Under the pieces are notes generated by a model that saw nothing but the letters and a program-made list of their open reading frames with translations, searched no databases and was not told where the DNA came from. Shown here piece by piece: positions 9,780-22,435 of a stretch of 64,000 bases of DNA. Origin of the DNA: Candidatus Marinacidobacterium sp. (GTDB lineage Bacteria; Acidobacteriota; Vicinamibacteria; Marinacidobacterales; Marinacidobacteraceae); assembly GCA_965220965.1 (NCBI GenBank), contig OZ244852.1, forward strand, positions 576,001 to 640,000. Direction: 5' to 3'. The position numbers and the translations under genes are program-made. How positions within the stretch are numbered: the stretch's first letter is position 1; each line of letters opens with the position of its first letter.

Positions 9780-12029
9780 TCAGTATTCCGCGAGGCTGCG
9801 GAACGCTTCGAGCAGGTCCTCGGGCTGAGGCAGGATCGCCCGCTCCAGTCCGGGGCAGTAGGCGACCCAGGTGTCCTGGGCGGCCACCCGCCGGACCGGC
9901 GCGTCGAGTTCCTCGAACAGCTCGTCGGCGATCCGGGCGGCGATTTCCGCGCCGTAGCCGAAGCTCCGGGTGTCCTCGTAGGCCACCAGGACGCGGCTCG
10001 TGCGGCGGACGCTCTCGCGGATCGCGTCCCAGTCGTACGGCGCGAGCGATCGAAGATCGAGGATCTCGACCGAAATGCCGTCCGCCGCCGCCTGCTTCGC
10101 CGCGACCTCGGCCCGGTGGACCAGCGCGCCGTAGGTCACCACCGTGAGGTCCTCGCCGGGACGGACCGTTCGGGCCTTCCCGAACGGAACCATGTAGTCG
10201 GGGCCGGGGTCCAGGCTCTTGTTGTAGGTCTGGCGGTAGAGATGCTTGTGCTCGAGGAAGAGCACCGGATCGTCGCAGCGGAGCGCGGTCCGCAGGAGTC
10301 CGGCGGCGTCCAGCGCCGTCGAGGGCATGACCACCCGGAGTCCGGGGAGGTGGGTGAAGAGGACCTCGGCCGACTGGCTGTGGTACGGCCCGCCGCCGGT
10401 CACGTAGCCGCCCACCGGAACCCGCACGACGAGCGGGGCGCTGTAGGCCCCGTTCGAGCGCCAGCGCAGGCTCGCCAGCTCGTTCCGCACCTGCATGTAG
10501 GAGGGCCACAGGTAGTCGAGGAACTGGATCTCGGCCACCGGCCGCAGTCCGCGGGTGGCCATCCCGGTCCCGACGCCGACGATCGTGGCCTCGGCCAGCG
10601 GGCTGTTGAACACCCGCTCGGAGCCGAACTCGCGCTGGAGGCCGGCGGTGACCTTGAAGACCCCGCCCTTGCCCTTGACCTCGCGGAGGATCTCCTCGCG
10701 GCTGGCGTCGGCCACGTCCTGACCGAAGAGGACGACCCGGGGGTCGCGGGCCATTTCCGAACGGAGGGTGGAGCGGATCAGGTCCACCATGGTGCCCGGC
10801 TTGGCCTCTTCTTCGAACGCTGGCGGGGTGTCGAACTCCGGAGCGCACGGGTCCACCGAGGGGCTGTAGAGGTGGTCCAGCACCGAGTCTTCCGGCGCCC
10901 ACGGCATCGCGAGCGCCTCGGCGGCGGCCCCCGCCACTTCGGTCTGGGTGCGCTTTCTCAGGGCGTCCAGCTCCTCCCGGGCCGCCGCTCCCGAGGCGGT
11001 GAGCCGGTCCCGCAGGCGCAGCAGCGGGTCGCGGCCGCGCTCGCCCTCGAGTTCCGCCTTCGTCTTGTAGTCGCGGTCGTCATCGGAGAGCGAGTGGGAC
11101 TCGAAGCGGACGACCCGGGCCCGGACGAGCGCGGGCCCTTCGCCCGCCCGGGCGTGCGCGAACGCTTCGCTCAGAGTCCGGTGGGACTCTTCGTAGTCGC
11201 ACCCGTCGCACTCGAGCACCTTGAGGTGGGGAAAGCTCGAGACCAGCGAGGCGACGTTGCCGCCAGCCGTCTGGTGCTCCACCGGAACCGAAATCGCGTA
11301 GCCGTTGTCCTCGATCAGGAAGACGACCGGCAGCCGCCGCAGCGCGGCGCTGTTCAGCGCCTCCCAGAATTCCCCCTCGCTGGTGGAGCCGTCGCCGCCG
11401 CAGACCAGGACGATGCCGTCGGGCGCCGCCGGGAGGCCGGGGATTTCATGGCGCGCCAGGTAGCGCTGGGCGTGCGCGACGCCGACCGCATTCAGATACT
11501 GGGTCCCCACGCAGCTCGAGTGGATCGCGAGCCCGAGCGAGCGCTTCGAGAAGTGGGAGGGCATCTGACGCCCGCCGCCCGAAGGCTCGGCCGCGGCGCC
11601 CCAGGCGCTCGCGAGCTGTTCCTTCGGCGTGATGCCCATCCGTGAGGCGAGGGCCCGGTCGCGGTAGTAGGCGAAGGTCCAGTCGTGGTCCGGCCGCAGC
11701 AGGGCGCCGGCGGCGGCGGTGATCGCCTCGTGGCCGATGCTGCTGATCTGGAAGAACGCCTTGTTCTGGCGCTTCAGCGCGATCTCGCGAAGGTCCACCT
11801 CCCGGGACTCGAGCATGGCCCGGTAGGCGTCCTTCAGGTGTTCGACGCTGAGCCCGGCGCCCTCCTCGAGGTCGGGATCGGTCTCCCCGTTGGCGGCGAT
11901 CGTGTCGCGGCCGTTCTCCTCGACCGAGGCCTCCGTGTCCCCCCCGTTGCCGGGGGTCCGGAGGTGAGGTTCTTCGCGGTCCGCCCCGTCCTCCCGGGCC
12001 TCGGTCCGCTGGATGTCCCGCTCTCGCAT
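9780..12029 (-). CDS. 2-oxoacid (probably 2-oxoisovalerate) dehydrogenase E1, fused alpha+beta subunits
   Basis: GHEA, YYRDR, ThDP motif [10 protein letters not shown]...[15 protein letters not shown], then beta half FGQDV...[25 protein letters not shown]. Confidence 0.92.
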   Translation of the reverse strand: MRERDIQRTEAREDGADREEPHLRTPGNGGDTEASVEENGRDTIAANGETDPDLEEGAGLSVEHLKDAYRAMLESREVDLREIALKRQNKAFFQISSIGHEAITAAAGALLRPDHDWTFAYYRDRALASRMGITPKEQLASAWGAAAEPSGGGRQMPSHFSKRSLGLAIHSSCVGTQYLNAVGVAHAQRYLARHEIPGLPAAPDGIVLVCGGDGSTSEGEFWEALNSAALRRLPVVFLIEDNGYAISVPVEHQTAGGNVASLVSSFPHLKVLECDGCDYEESHRTLSEAFAHARAGEGPALVRARVVRFESHSLSDDDRDYKTKAELEGERGRDPLLRLRDRLTASGAAAREELDALRKRTQTEVAGAAAEALAMPWAPEDSVLDHLYSPSVDPCAPEFDTPPAFEEEAKPGTMVDLIRSTLRSEMARDPRVVLFGQDVADASREEILREVKGKGGVFKVTAGLQREFGSERVFNSPLAEATIVGVGTGMATRGLRPVAEIQFLDYLWPSYMQVRNELASLRWRSNGAYSAPLVVRVPVGGYVTGGGPYHSQSAEVLFTHLPGLRVVMPSTALDAAGLLRTALRCDDPVLFLEHKHLYRQTYNKSLDPGPDYMVPFGKARTVRPGEDLTVVTYGALVHRAEVAAKQAAADGISVEILDLRSLAPYDWDAIRESVRRTSRVLVAYEDTRSFGYGAEIAARIADELFEELDAPVRRVAAQDTWVAYCPGLERAILPQPEDLLEAFRSLAEY

Positions 12030-12158
12030 GGTCAATTCCGGCCCCGATGTCCCCGGATCAGGCGCCCCGGGCGGGCGCCCCGACTCCTTCCGCCACCCAC
12101 CGGGAAGGGAGGAACCGAGCGGTCATGACGACGAAATCCCTTCTCACGGCGCACCCGA

Positions 12159-12167
12159 ATCCTAGCA
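12159..12167 (-). promoter_or_regulatory. Extended -10 element TGCTAGGAT for the E1 / acyl-CoA dehydrogenase operon
   Basis: TG-n-TAnnnT in the intergenic region, next to the hairpin GGACGCGGA-N6-TCCGCGTCC. Confidence 0.45.
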
Positions 12168-12265
12168 GGACGCGGATCGCCTTCCGCGTCCGTCGGGCCC
12201 CGACCGAGCGGACCACGCAGGGCGGCGCCAGGCCGGATTCCGCGGGCCGCCCCTCGCGCGCCGAA

Positions 12266-12616
12266 CTACTTGGCGAGCGCTTCGCCGGGCTTCTTCTCGA
12301 AGAGGCGGTAGTCGAACGAGCGGTCGCGTTCCTCGGCGAGGCGAATGCCCTCGTCGTGCGGGAACATGTGGACCGCGTCGTAGTCCGGCGGGCAGAACTT
12401 GGCGCAGAGCTGGCAGCCGATGCAGGTCTCCACGTTCACTTCGCAGACCTCTCCCACCGCCTTCGGCTCGGGGTCGGGGACGAGCGTGATGCAGTCCTTC
12501 ACCGGGCAGACGGCGATGCACATCTCGCAGCCGCGCCCGAAGCACTTGCCGTGGTCCACGTAGGCGAGGATCTTCGGCTGGCGCTTCCGGGGTCCGGTGA
12601 TCAGGACATCCTGCAT
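12266..12616 (-). CDS. 2x[4Fe-4S]-type ferredoxin
   Basis: CFGRGCEMCIAVCP and CIGCQLCAKFCP cysteine clusters in a 116-aa protein. Confidence 0.85.
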   Translation of the reverse strand: MQDVLITGPRKRQPKILAYVDHGKCFGRGCEMCIAVCPVKDCITLVPDPEPKAVGEVCEVNVETCIGCQLCAKFCPPDYDAVHMFPHDEGIRLAEERDRSFDYRLFEKKPGEALAK

Positions 12617-12640
12617 GGGCCGGAAGGCTATCATCCGAAC
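12617..12640. promoter_or_regulatory. Bidirectional overlapping -10 elements (plus TATCAT 12629-12634; minus TGnTAGCCT 12633-12625)
   Basis: The two hexamers share the TA at 12629-12630 and lie 6 and 8 nt from the two start codons; no SD sequence. Confidence 0.6.
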
Positions 12641-13933
12641 GTGCCCCCGACCGACCCGTTCCCGGCGGCGGGAGCGGTCCCGGAGGCGCCGCCGCCCGAC
12701 CCCGGAACGCACTTCCGCAAGGGCCTCGGCCTTCGACCGCAGATCATCGGGCCGCTGACCGAGGACTACCGGGGCCATCTGGTCCGGTTCGCCCGCGAGC
12801 ACGACTACCGCATCCGGGCCGCGGAGCTTCGTTTCCGTCTCGCCCGCGAGTTCGGGTTCTGCTACGGGGTGGACCGGGCCATCGAGTACGCCTACGAGGC
12901 GCGGCTCCGCTTCCCCGACCGGCGCATCTTCCTGACCGGGGAGATCATCCACAACCCCTATGTGAACCGGCGGCTCAACGGATTCGGGATCCGGATCCTC
13001 GACGCCGCCACCGACACCCGGGAGAAGTTCGCCGGCGTCGGGCCGGAGGACGTGGTCCTCCTCCCCGCCTTCGGGGTGCCCACGACGGAGCTCGACGTCC
13101 TGCGCGAGCGGGGAGCGGTGCTGGTGGACACGACCTGCGGCTCGGTGATGAACGTCTGGAAGAACGTGGACCGCTACCGCAAGCAGGGCTTCACGTCGAT
13201 CGTCCACGGCAAGTGGGCGCACGAGGAGACCCGGGCCACCGTCTCCCGCGCCGGGACCTACCTCGTGGTGCGGGACCTCGATGAGGCGGACGACGTGTGC
13301 CGCTACATCGAGGCGGGGACCGCGGCGGCCGCGTCATCCCCCTTCGACCGGGAGGGCTTTCTCCGCCGCTACGCGCCGCACGCCTGCTCCCCGGACTTCG
13401 ACCCGGACACCTCGCTCGAGCGGGTCGGGCTCGCCAACCAGACGACGATGCTGGCGAGCGAATCGCTCGCCATCGCGAGGCGCTTCGGGGAGGCGCTCGA
13501 GCGCCGCTACGGAGAGGAGGAGCTTCCCTCCCGGTTCCGCTCCTTCGACACGATCTGCAGCGCCACCCAGGAACGCCAGGACGCGGTCATCGGGCTGCTC
13601 GAGGAGGACCTCGACCTGGTCCTCGTCATCGGCGGGTTCAACTCCTCGAACACCGCCCACCTCGCCGAGATCTGCGCCCGGAAGTTCCCCGCCTTCCACA
13701 TCGCCGGGCCGGAGTGCCTCCGCTCCGCCGACGAGATCCTCCACCGCGCGCCCACCGGGAAGCCGGGAGTGGGTCGGCAGACCGTCGACCGGGGCTGGTT
13801 TCCGGAGGGGCCGGTGTCGATCGGGATCACCTCGGGGGCCTCGACTCCCGACGTGATGGTCCACCGGACGATCGCCCGGGTCCTCGGCTTCCGGGGTCTC
13901 ACCGAGGACGACTGCCGGCCGGACCCGGCGTGA
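12641..13933 (+). CDS. ispH: 4-hydroxy-3-methylbut-2-enyl diphosphate reductase (long type)
   Basis: [62 protein letters not shown]. Confidence 0.95.
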   Translation: MPPTDPFPAAGAVPEAPPPDPGTHFRKGLGLRPQIIGPLTEDYRGHLVRFAREHDYRIRAAELRFRLAREFGFCYGVDRAIEYAYEARLRFPDRRIFLTGEIIHNPYVNRRLNGFGIRILDAATDTREKFAGVGPEDVVLLPAFGVPTTELDVLRERGAVLVDTTCGSVMNVWKNVDRYRKQGFTSIVHGKWAHEETRATVSRAGTYLVVRDLDEADDVCRYIEAGTAAAASSPFDREGFLRRYAPHACSPDFDPDTSLERVGLANQTTMLASESLAIARRFGEALERRYGEEELPSRFRSFDTICSATQERQDAVIGLLEEDLDLVLVIGGFNSSNTAHLAEICARKFPAFHIAGPECLRSADEILHRAPTGKPGVGRQTVDRGWFPEGPVSIGITSGASTPDVMVHRTIARVLGFRGLTEDDCRPDPA

Positions 13934-13973
13934 CCGCCAGGGGGCGGCGACCCGGCCGGAGGGCGCCGGCGGG

Positions 13974-16148
13974 ATGCGCTCCGCTCACGCCGCGGTCGGG
14001 CCCGCGAGGCCCCTTCCGGAGGGCCCGGTGAAGCCGGAAGGCGGCGTAACCGGCGCCCGCTACGCCGGCCCGGCGGAACGGGCGGCGCCCTACGCCCGGC
14101 CCGGGCTCCCGGCGCCGTGGTCGGCGGCGGAGAGCTCCGCCGCGTTCCGGGTGTCCAGCGAATTCGAGCCCACCGGAGACCAGCCGCGCGCCATCGAGTC
14201 CCTCTCCGAGGGCGTCGTCCGGGGGGATCCACACCAGGTGCTGCTCGGCGTCACCGGGTCGGGGAAGACCTACACGATGGCGCGCGTCATCGAGGCGGTG
14301 AACCGGCCGGCGCTGGTGATCGCCCACAACAAGACGCTCGCCGCGCAGCTCTACCAGGAGTTCCGCGGCTTCTTCCCCGACAACGCCGTCGAGTACTTCG
14401 TCAGCTACTACGACTACTACCAGCCGGAGGCGTACGTTCCGGCGAGCGACACCTACATCGAGAAGGAAGCCACGATCAACGACGAGATCGATCGGCTGCG
14501 GCTCTCGGCGACCCGCTCGCTCTTCGAGCGGCGCGACGTGCTGATCGTGGCGAGCGTCTCCTGCATCTACGGCCTCGGATCCCCCGAGGCCTACTACGGC
14601 ATGCTCGTGGTGTTCGAGGAGGGGGCCGCCTTCCCCTCCCGCCAGGCGCTCCTGCGGAAGCTCGTGGAGATGCAGTACGAGCGGAACGACGCCTCGCTGG
14701 AACGGGGCCGGTTCCGGGTCCGGGGGGACACGATCGAGGTCGTTCCCGGCTACGAGGACCTCGGCCTGCGGGTGCAGCTCTGGGGCGACGAGGTCGAACG
14801 GATCGCCCGGTTCGATCCCCTCACCGGCCGCGAGCTGGCGCGCGAGCGCCGGGCGACGCTCTTCCCGCGCACCCACTACGTCGCCCGGCAGGAAGATCTC
14901 GCCCGGGCGCTGGTCAGCATCCGCGAGGAGCTCGACGAGCACCACCCGAAGCTGGTCGCCGGGGAGAAGCTGCTCGAGGCGCAGCGGCTCATGCAGCGGA
15001 CGCTGTTCGACCTCGACATGCTCGCCGAGTCGGGACACTGCCACGGCATCGAGAACTACTCGCGCCACTTCACCGGGCGGGCCCCCGGGGAGCCGCCGCC
15101 CACCCTGATGGACTACCTGCCGCGCGACATGGTGGTCTTCGTGGACGAGAGCCACCAGACCTACCCCCAGATCCGGGGCATGTTCGCCGGCGATCAGGCG
15201 AGGAAGCGCACGCTCGTGGACCACGGCTTCCGGCTCCCCTCGGCGCTCGACAACCGCCCGCTCTCGTTCGACGAGTGGGAAGAGCGGGTCGGCCAGACGG
15301 TCGCGGTTTCGGCGACCCCGGGTCCCTACGAACTCGAGGCCTCCGCCGGCGTCGTCGTCGAACAGATCATCCGGCCCACCGGTCTGCTCGATCCCTCGGT
15401 CGAGGTCCGCCCGGCGGGCTCCCAGGTCGACGACCTGCTCGCCGAGATCCGGACCACCGTCGCCCGCGGCGAGCGCGTGCTGGTGACCACGCTCACCAAG
15501 CGCATGGCCGAGGACCTGGCCGAGTACTACCATGAGCTCGGAGTCCGCTGCCGCTACATGCACTCGGACATCGACACCCTGGAGCGGGTGCGGCTGTTGC
15601 GATCGCTGCGGCTCGGCGAATTCGACGTGCTGATCGGGATCAACCTGCTCCGGGAGGGGCTCGACCTTCCCGAGGTCTCGCTGGTGGCGATCCTGGACGC
15701 CGACCGCGAGGGGTATCTGAGGTCCGAGGGCGCGCTCATCCAGACGGTGGGAAGGGCGGCGCGCCACCTGGCCGGTCGGGCGCTTCTCTACGCCGATCGC
15801 GAGACCGGGTCGATGGCCCGCGCGCTCGCCGAGACCGGCCGCCGCCGCGCCCTCCAGGAGGCCTACAACGCGGAACACGGCGTCGTCCCCCGCTCGGTCG
15901 TCAAGGAGGTGGCCGATGCGCTCGCGCCGGGGGCCGGCGCCGAGGAAGCGCTCCGCAGCGAGGAGGAAGACTGGGCCCGCGCGGTCGGCCTGTTCGAGCC
16001 GCCGCCGGAGGAGCCGGAGAAGCTGGAGCGCGAAGTGGCCCGTCTGCGGAAGGAGATGAAGAAGGCCGCCCGCGAGCTGGAGTTCGAGCGCGCCGCCCGC
16101 CTGCGCGACCACCTCCGCGAGCTCCAGCACGGCGCCCTGATGCGCTGA
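13974..16148 (+). CDS. uvrB: Excinuclease ABC subunit B
   Basis: [58 protein letters not shown]-terminal UVR domain; start uncertain. Confidence 0.97.
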   Translation: MRSAHAAVGPARPLPEGPVKPEGGVTGARYAGPAERAAPYARPGLPAPWSAAESSAAFRVSSEFEPTGDQPRAIESLSEGVVRGDPHQVLLGVTGSGKTYTMARVIEAVNRPALVIAHNKTLAAQLYQEFRGFFPDNAVEYFVSYYDYYQPEAYVPASDTYIEKEATINDEIDRLRLSATRSLFERRDVLIVASVSCIYGLGSPEAYYGMLVVFEEGAAFPSRQALLRKLVEMQYERNDASLERGRFRVRGDTIEVVPGYEDLGLRVQLWGDEVERIARFDPLTGRELARERRATLFPRTHYVARQEDLARALVSIREELDEHHPKLVAGEKLLEAQRLMQRTLFDLDMLAESGHCHGIENYSRHFTGRAPGEPPPTLMDYLPRDMVVFVDESHQTYPQIRGMFAGDQARKRTLVDHGFRLPSALDNRPLSFDEWEERVGQTVAVSATPGPYELEASAGVVVEQIIRPTGLLDPSVEVRPAGSQVDDLLAEIRTTVARGERVLVTTLTKRMAEDLAEYYHELGVRCRYMHSDIDTLERVRLLRSLRLGEFDVLIGINLLREGLDLPEVSLVAILDADREGYLRSEGALIQTVGRAARHLAGRALLYADRETGSMARALAETGRRRALQEAYNAEHGVVPRSVVKEVADALAPGAGAEEALRSEEEDWARAVGLFEPPPEEPEKLEREVARLRKEMKKAARELEFERAARLRDHLRELQHGALMR

Positions 16149-16192
16149 CGCCGCCTCCTTCCGGGAGTCCGCGGCCGGCGGAGCCCCGCGCA

Positions 16193-16221
16193 TTGCCTCG
16201 GAGCGGCTGGCCACCTAAAAT
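16193..16221 (+). promoter_or_regulatory. Sigma70-type promoter TTGCCT-N17-TAAAAT for the icd operon
   Basis: Near-consensus -35 and -10 with an exact 17-nt spacer. Confidence 0.65.
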
Positions 16222-16399
16222 TCTCGGGTTCAACGGAGCGGCCGCGCCCTTCCCGGGCGGCTGCCGACGCTCCTTACCCGGCCCGCTCTCCGGCATCCTC
16301 CGGGCCGGGTGCTCCGTGACCGCGTGGCGCTGCGCGCCCGCCCGCTCCCCTCGCCGCTTTCCGCCCGCATTCCGGCGGAAAGCTCCTGACCCAGAGGCC

Positions 16400-17800
<1,401 letters not shown>

Positions 17801-17846
17801 GCCCCGGCCGGGGCGGAGTCCGATCGCAAGCACGGGAGAACGATTC

Positions 17847-18785
17847 ATGGGAGCCGCGAGACGCTTCAAGGTCACCGTCGTCGGCGCCGGCAACGTGGGC
17901 GCCACCACCGCGCAGCGCCTGGCCGACGCCGAGCTCGCGGATGTCGTCCTGATCGACATCGTGGACGGGATCCCGCAGGGGAAGGGCCTCGACATGCTGG
18001 AGGCCTGCCCGGTGACCGGCAGCGACGTGTCCGTCATCGGGACCTGCGACTACGCCGACACCGCGGACTCCGACGTCGTCGTGATCACCGCCGGCCTGCC
18101 CCGGAAGGCGGGGATGAGCCGCGACGACCTGCTGCGCAAGAACCACCAGATCGTGAAGCAGGTGACGGAGGCCGCGGTCCGGGTCTCGCCGGAGGCGGTG
18201 CTCGTCGTCGTCTCGAACCCGCTCGATGCGATGGTCCAGACGGCGCTCCGCGCCAGCGGCTTTCCGAAGGAACGGGTCATCGGGATGGCCGGCATCCTCG
18301 ACTCGGCGCGCATGCGGGCGTTCATCGCCGCCGAGCTCGAGGTCTCGGTGGACAACGTGCACGCCTTCGTCCTCGGCGGGCACGGGGACGACATGGTGCC
18401 GCTGCCGCGCTATTCGACGGTCGCGGGCATCCCGCTCCCCGAAATGCTGGATGACGAGGCGCTCGCCCGGATCGTGGAGCGGACCCGGAAGGGGGGCGGG
18501 GAGATCGTCGCCTACCTGAAGACCGGCTCCGCCTACTACGCCCCCTCGGCCGCCATCGTCGAAATGGTGGACGCGATCCTGAAGGACAAGAAGAAGATCC
18601 TGCCCTGCGCCGCCTACCTCGAGGGCGAGTACGGGGTGGACGGGATCTACCTCGGCGTCCCGGTGAAGCTGGGCCGTGGCGGGGTCGAGCAGGTCGTCCA
18701 GATCCGACTCACCGCCGAGGAGCAGGCTGCGCTCGACCGTTCCGCGGCTTCCGTCCGCGAACTGATCGCGGTCATCGGAGTCTGA
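17847..18785 (+). CDS. mdh: Malate dehydrogenase (LDH-like)
   Basis: [47 protein letters not shown]. Confidence 0.96.
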   Translation: MGAARRFKVTVVGAGNVGATTAQRLADAELADVVLIDIVDGIPQGKGLDMLEACPVTGSDVSVIGTCDYADTADSDVVVITAGLPRKAGMSRDDLLRKNHQIVKQVTEAAVRVSPEAVLVVVSNPLDAMVQTALRASGFPKERVIGMAGILDSARMRAFIAAELEVSVDNVHAFVLGGHGDDMVPLPRYSTVAGIPLPEMLDDEALARIVERTRKGGGEIVAYLKTGSAYYAPSAAIVEMVDAILKDKKKILPCAAYLEGEYGVDGIYLGVPVKLGRGGVEQVVQIRLTAEEQAALDRSAASVRELIAVIGV

Positions 18786-18788
18786 GGC

Positions 18789-19952
18789 TTGAATCTCCAC
18801 GAGCACCAGGCGAAGGCGCTCCTCGCGGAGCACGGGGTTCCCGTTCCCCGGGGCGAGGCGGTATTCACGGTGGACGAAGCGCTGACCGCCGCCGAGGGGC
18901 TCGGCTATCCGGTCGTCGTGAAGGCCCAGATCCACGCCGGCGGGCGCGGCAAGGCGGGGGGCGTCCGGCTCGCCCGTGACGCCGACGCCGTCCGGGAGGC
19001 CGCCGAAGCGCTCCTCGGCCACACACTGGTCACGAAGCAGACCGGCCCCGAGGGCAGGGAAGTCCGCCGCCTGCTGATCGAGGAGGGCGTGGATATCGCC
19101 CAGGAGCTCTACGTGAGCTTCCTGGTGGACCGCTCCCGGGGCCGGCCGATCTGTATCGCGAGCGCCTCCGGCGGCATGGACATCGAGGAAGTCGCCGCCT
19201 CCACGCCGGAGAAGATCATCACCGTCGCGGTGGACCCGGCCGTCGGACTCCAGGCCTTCCAGGCGCGGCGGATCGCGTATGGCCTCGGTCTCCGAGGCAA
19301 GACGGCGGGCCGCGCCGCCGCCTTCCTCGGCGCGCTCTACCGCGCCTACGACGCTCTCGACGCCAGCCAGGTGGAGATCAATCCGATGCTGGTGACGGGT
19401 GACGGCGACGTGCTGGCGCTCGACGCCAAGGTGTCGGTGGACGACAGCGCGCTGTTCCGTCAGCCGAAAGTCGCGTCGCTGCGGGACACCCACGAGGAGT
19501 CGCCGCTCGAAGTCGAGGCGAGCCGCTTCTCGCTGAACTACATCAAGCTGGACGGTTCCGTGGGCTGCATGGTGAACGGCGCCGGGCTCGCGATGGCCAC
19601 CATGGACATCGTGAAGCTCGCGGGGGCGGAGCCGGCCAACTTCCTCGACGTTGGCGGGGGCGCCAACGCCGAACAGATCGAGAACGCCTTCCGGATCCTC
19701 TCGTCGGACCCCTCGGTCCGGGCGGTCCTGATCAACATCTTCGGCGGGATCCTCCGCTGCGATCGCCTCGCCGAAGGGCTGATCGCGGCGGTCCGGTCGC
19801 TGGGGGTGACGCTCCCGATCGTGATCCGCATGGAGGGGACGAACGTGGAGGTCGCGCGCAAGATGCTCGAGGAGTCCGGTCTCGACTTCACGACCGCCGC
19901 TTCCATGCAGGACGCCGCCGACAAGGTCGTCGCCCGGCTGGCGGCCGCCTGA
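18789..19952 (+). CDS. sucC: Succinyl-CoA ligase beta subunit
   Basis: (M)[56 protein letters not shown]; TTG start. Confidence 0.97.
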   Translation: MNLHEHQAKALLAEHGVPVPRGEAVFTVDEALTAAEGLGYPVVVKAQIHAGGRGKAGGVRLARDADAVREAAEALLGHTLVTKQTGPEGREVRRLLIEEGVDIAQELYVSFLVDRSRGRPICIASASGGMDIEEVAASTPEKIITVAVDPAVGLQAFQARRIAYGLGLRGKTAGRAAAFLGALYRAYDALDASQVEINPMLVTGDGDVLALDAKVSVDDSALFRQPKVASLRDTHEESPLEVEASRFSLNYIKLDGSVGCMVNGAGLAMATMDIVKLAGAEPANFLDVGGGANAEQIENAFRILSSDPSVRAVLINIFGGILRCDRLAEGLIAAVRSLGVTLPIVIRMEGTNVEVARKMLEESGLDFTTAASMQDAADKVVARLAAA

Positions 19953-19960
19953 GGGAACGC

Positions 19961-20836
19961 ATGGCCATTTTCGTCGGAGCGGACACCCGCATGGTCGTCC
20001 AGGGGATCACCGGCCGCGAGGGCGCGTTCCACGCCGCCGCCTGCCGCGACTACGGCACGAAGCTGGTCGCCGGCGTGACCCCGGGCAAGGGGGGCCAGGA
20101 AGCGGTCGGCGTCCCGATCTTCGACACCGTCGCCGAGGCGGTCGAGAAGGCGGGCGCGAACACTTCGTTCGTGGTCGTCCCGCCGCCGTTCGCGGCGGAT
20201 GCGATCGCCGAAGCGATGGACGCGGGCGTGGAGCTCGTCGTCGCGATCACCGAAGGAGTGCCCGCCCGCGACATGGTGCGGACGCTGCGGGCCGCGGAAG
20301 GCGGAAACTCGCGCCTCGTGGGGCCGAACTGTCCCGGCGTGATTTCGCCGGGCCGGGCCAAGGTGGGGATCATGCCCGGGTTCATCCACCGGGAGGGCCC
20401 CGTCGGGGTGGTTTCCCGGAGCGGCACGCTGACCTACGAGGCGGTCCACCAGCTCACCGCGCGCGGCATCGGGCAGAGCACCTGCATCGGGATCGGCGGG
20501 GATCCGGTCATCGGCACGACCTTCGTGGATGCGCTCGAGGCGTTCGCCCGGGACGACGAGACCGAGGCCGTGATCCTGATCGGCGAGATCGGCGGCAGCG
20601 CCGAGGAAGAGGCCGCCGACTTCATCCGCCGCGAGTTCAATAAGCCGGTGGTGGGGTTCATCGCCGGGCAGACGGCGCCGCCAGGCCGCCGGATGGGCCA
20701 CGCCGGCGCCATCGTGATGGGCGGGAAGGGGACGGCCGCCGACAAGATGGACGCGCTCCGCTCCGCCGGCTGCCGGGTGGTGGGAAGCCCCGCTGACCTC
20801 GGCGCCGCGATGGAAGCGGCGCGCAACGGCGGCTGA
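19961..20836 (+). CDS. sucD: Succinyl-CoA ligase alpha subunit
   Basis: [42 protein letters not shown]. Confidence 0.97.
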   Translation: MAIFVGADTRMVVQGITGREGAFHAAACRDYGTKLVAGVTPGKGGQEAVGVPIFDTVAEAVEKAGANTSFVVVPPPFAADAIAEAMDAGVELVVAITEGVPARDMVRTLRAAEGGNSRLVGPNCPGVISPGRAKVGIMPGFIHREGPVGVVSRSGTLTYEAVHQLTARGIGQSTCIGIGGDPVIGTTFVDALEAFARDDETEAVILIGEIGGSAEEEAADFIRREFNKPVVGFIAGQTAPPGRRMGHAGAIVMGGKGTAADKMDALRSAGCRVVGSPADLGAAMEAARNGG

Positions 20837-20885
20837 GTCCGCGCGCAAGACACACCGCTCCGAAGAGGAGGAACAACGAGTTTCC

Positions 20886-21296
20886 ATGCGCACCCTGACG
20901 ATCGTGAAACCCGACGCGGTCGCCGCCGCCCAGGCCGGCCAGATCCTCGCCGACCTCGAGAGCCGCGGCTTCCGCATCCACGCGATGCGCATGGTTCGGC
21001 TCACGCTGAAGGAAGCGGAGGGCTTCTATGCGGTGCATCGCGGCCGACCCTTCTTCGCCGAGCTGACCGCGTTCATGTCCTCCGGGCCAGCGGTCGCCGC
21101 GGTCCTCGAGCGTGACGACGCGGTCGCCGGGCTCCGTGAAGCCATGGGCGCAACGAACCCGGCCGACGCCGACGAAGGGACGATCCGCGCCCGCTTCGGG
21201 TCCTCCATCGGACAGAACGCGATCCACGGGTCGGACTCGGAGGAGAACGCGGCGATCGAGATCGCCTACTTCTTCCCCGGCGTCGAGCTCGTCTGA
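20886..21296 (+). CDS. ndk: Nucleoside-diphosphate kinase
   Basis: [36 protein letters not shown]; GAGGAGG RBS. Confidence 0.97.
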   Translation: MRTLTIVKPDAVAAAQAGQILADLESRGFRIHAMRMVRLTLKEAEGFYAVHRGRPFFAELTAFMSSGPAVAAVLERDDAVAGLREAMGATNPADADEGTIRARFGSSIGQNAIHGSDSEENAAIEIAYFFPGVELV

Positions 21297-21327
21297 GGAC
21301 GCGAGGGCCGGAAGCCGAAGTCAGGTC

Positions 21328-21900
21328 ATGCCGAGCATCAAGCCGGACCACTGGATCCGGCGGATGGCCAACGAGCACCGGATGATCGATCCGTTCGTGG
21401 ATCACCAGGTCGGGGAGGGGGTCATCTCCTACGGACTGTCGGCCTACGGCTACGACATCCGCGTCTCCGACGAGTTCAAGATCTTCACGAACGTCCACAC
21501 CGCGATCGTGGACCCGAAGAACTTCGACGAGCGCGGCTTCGTGGACTACAAGGGCGAGGTCTGCGTCATCCCGCCGAACTCGTTCGCGCTCTCCAACACC
21601 ATCGAGAACTTTCGCATTCCCCGGAACGTCTACGCCGTCTGTATCGGGAAGTCCACCTACGCCCGTTGCGGCATCATCATCAACGTGACCGGCTTCGACG
21701 CGGAGTGGGAAGGCAACGCCACGCTCGAGATCTCGAACACCACCCCGCTGCCGTGCCGCATCTACGCGGGGGAGGGGATCGCCCAGGTCCTCTTCTTCGA
21801 GAGCGACGGCGAGTGCGAGATCAGCTACCGCGACAAGAAGGGCAAGTACCAGGGGCAGGAGCGGATCACCCTCCCCACCATCGGACGCGGCCAGCGCTGA
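21328..21900 (+). CDS. dcd: dCTP deaminase
   Basis: [61 protein letters not shown]. Confidence 0.93.
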   Translation: MPSIKPDHWIRRMANEHRMIDPFVDHQVGEGVISYGLSAYGYDIRVSDEFKIFTNVHTAIVDPKNFDERGFVDYKGEVCVIPPNSFALSNTIENFRIPRNVYAVCIGKSTYARCGIIINVTGFDAEWEGNATLEISNTTPLPCRIYAGEGIAQVLFFESDGECEISYRDKKGKYQGQERITLPTIGRGQR

Positions 21901-21922
21901 ATCCGGGACGGCCGCAGACCGG

Positions 21923-22435
21923 ATGGAGCTGATCGCCGGTTCCGAACTTCGGCGGCGCCTCGAAGAGAACCCTCCGCTCCTTTCGGGACTTCTGGACCCC
22001 GACACCCAGGTCCAGATGAACGGGGTCGACCTGACGCTCGCCGATGTGGCGCGTTTCGAGGATGGCGCGCCCGGCCGGGTGGACTTCGACAACTCCACCC
22101 GCCGCATCCCCGACTCCGCGTCGCTCCCGCGCGATCCGGACGACGTCTGGCGCCTCGCTCCCGGCGCCTACTGGGTGCGCTACCACGAGGTCGTGAACAT
22201 CCCCGCCGATGTTTTCGCCATCGGGAGGACCCGCTCCTCGCTTCTCCGGAGCGGCGCGCAGATCGGCACCGCGCTGTGGGACTCGGGCTACTCCGGGAGG
22301 AGCGGCTCGCTGCTCACCGTCCACCATCCGGGCGGGCTCCATCTGGCGCTGCGCGCCCGCGTCCTCCAGCTCGTCTTCTTCCACCTGAGCCAGCCCGCCG
22401 AAGCCACCTACCAGGGCGCCTACCAGAACGAATGA
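21923..22435 (+). CDS. Trimeric dUTPase of the dCTP-deaminase-like (archaeal-type) subfamily
   Basis: QMNGVDLTL, RSSLLRSG, WDSGYSG, VLQLVF, YQGAYQ; lacks the deaminase LE motif. Confidence 0.8.
   Translation: MELIAGSELRRRLEENPPLLSGLLDPDTQVQMNGVDLTLADVARFEDGAPGRVDFDNSTRRIPDSASLPRDPDDVWRLAPGAYWVRYHEVVNIPADVFAIGRTRSSLLRSGAQIGTALWDSGYSGRSGSLLTVHHPGGLHLALRARVLQLVFFHLSQPAEATYQGAYQNE

Noticed and set aside
9780-12029. E1 alpha-beta fusion as a novelty
   Set aside because: Fused E1 subunits are well known in several bacterial phyla
17801-17814. GC hairpins after genes (17801-17814, about 46655-46672, about 1810-1823) as intrinsic terminators
   Set aside because: No U-tracts and such stems arise readily at this GC content, so they are not reported as terminators
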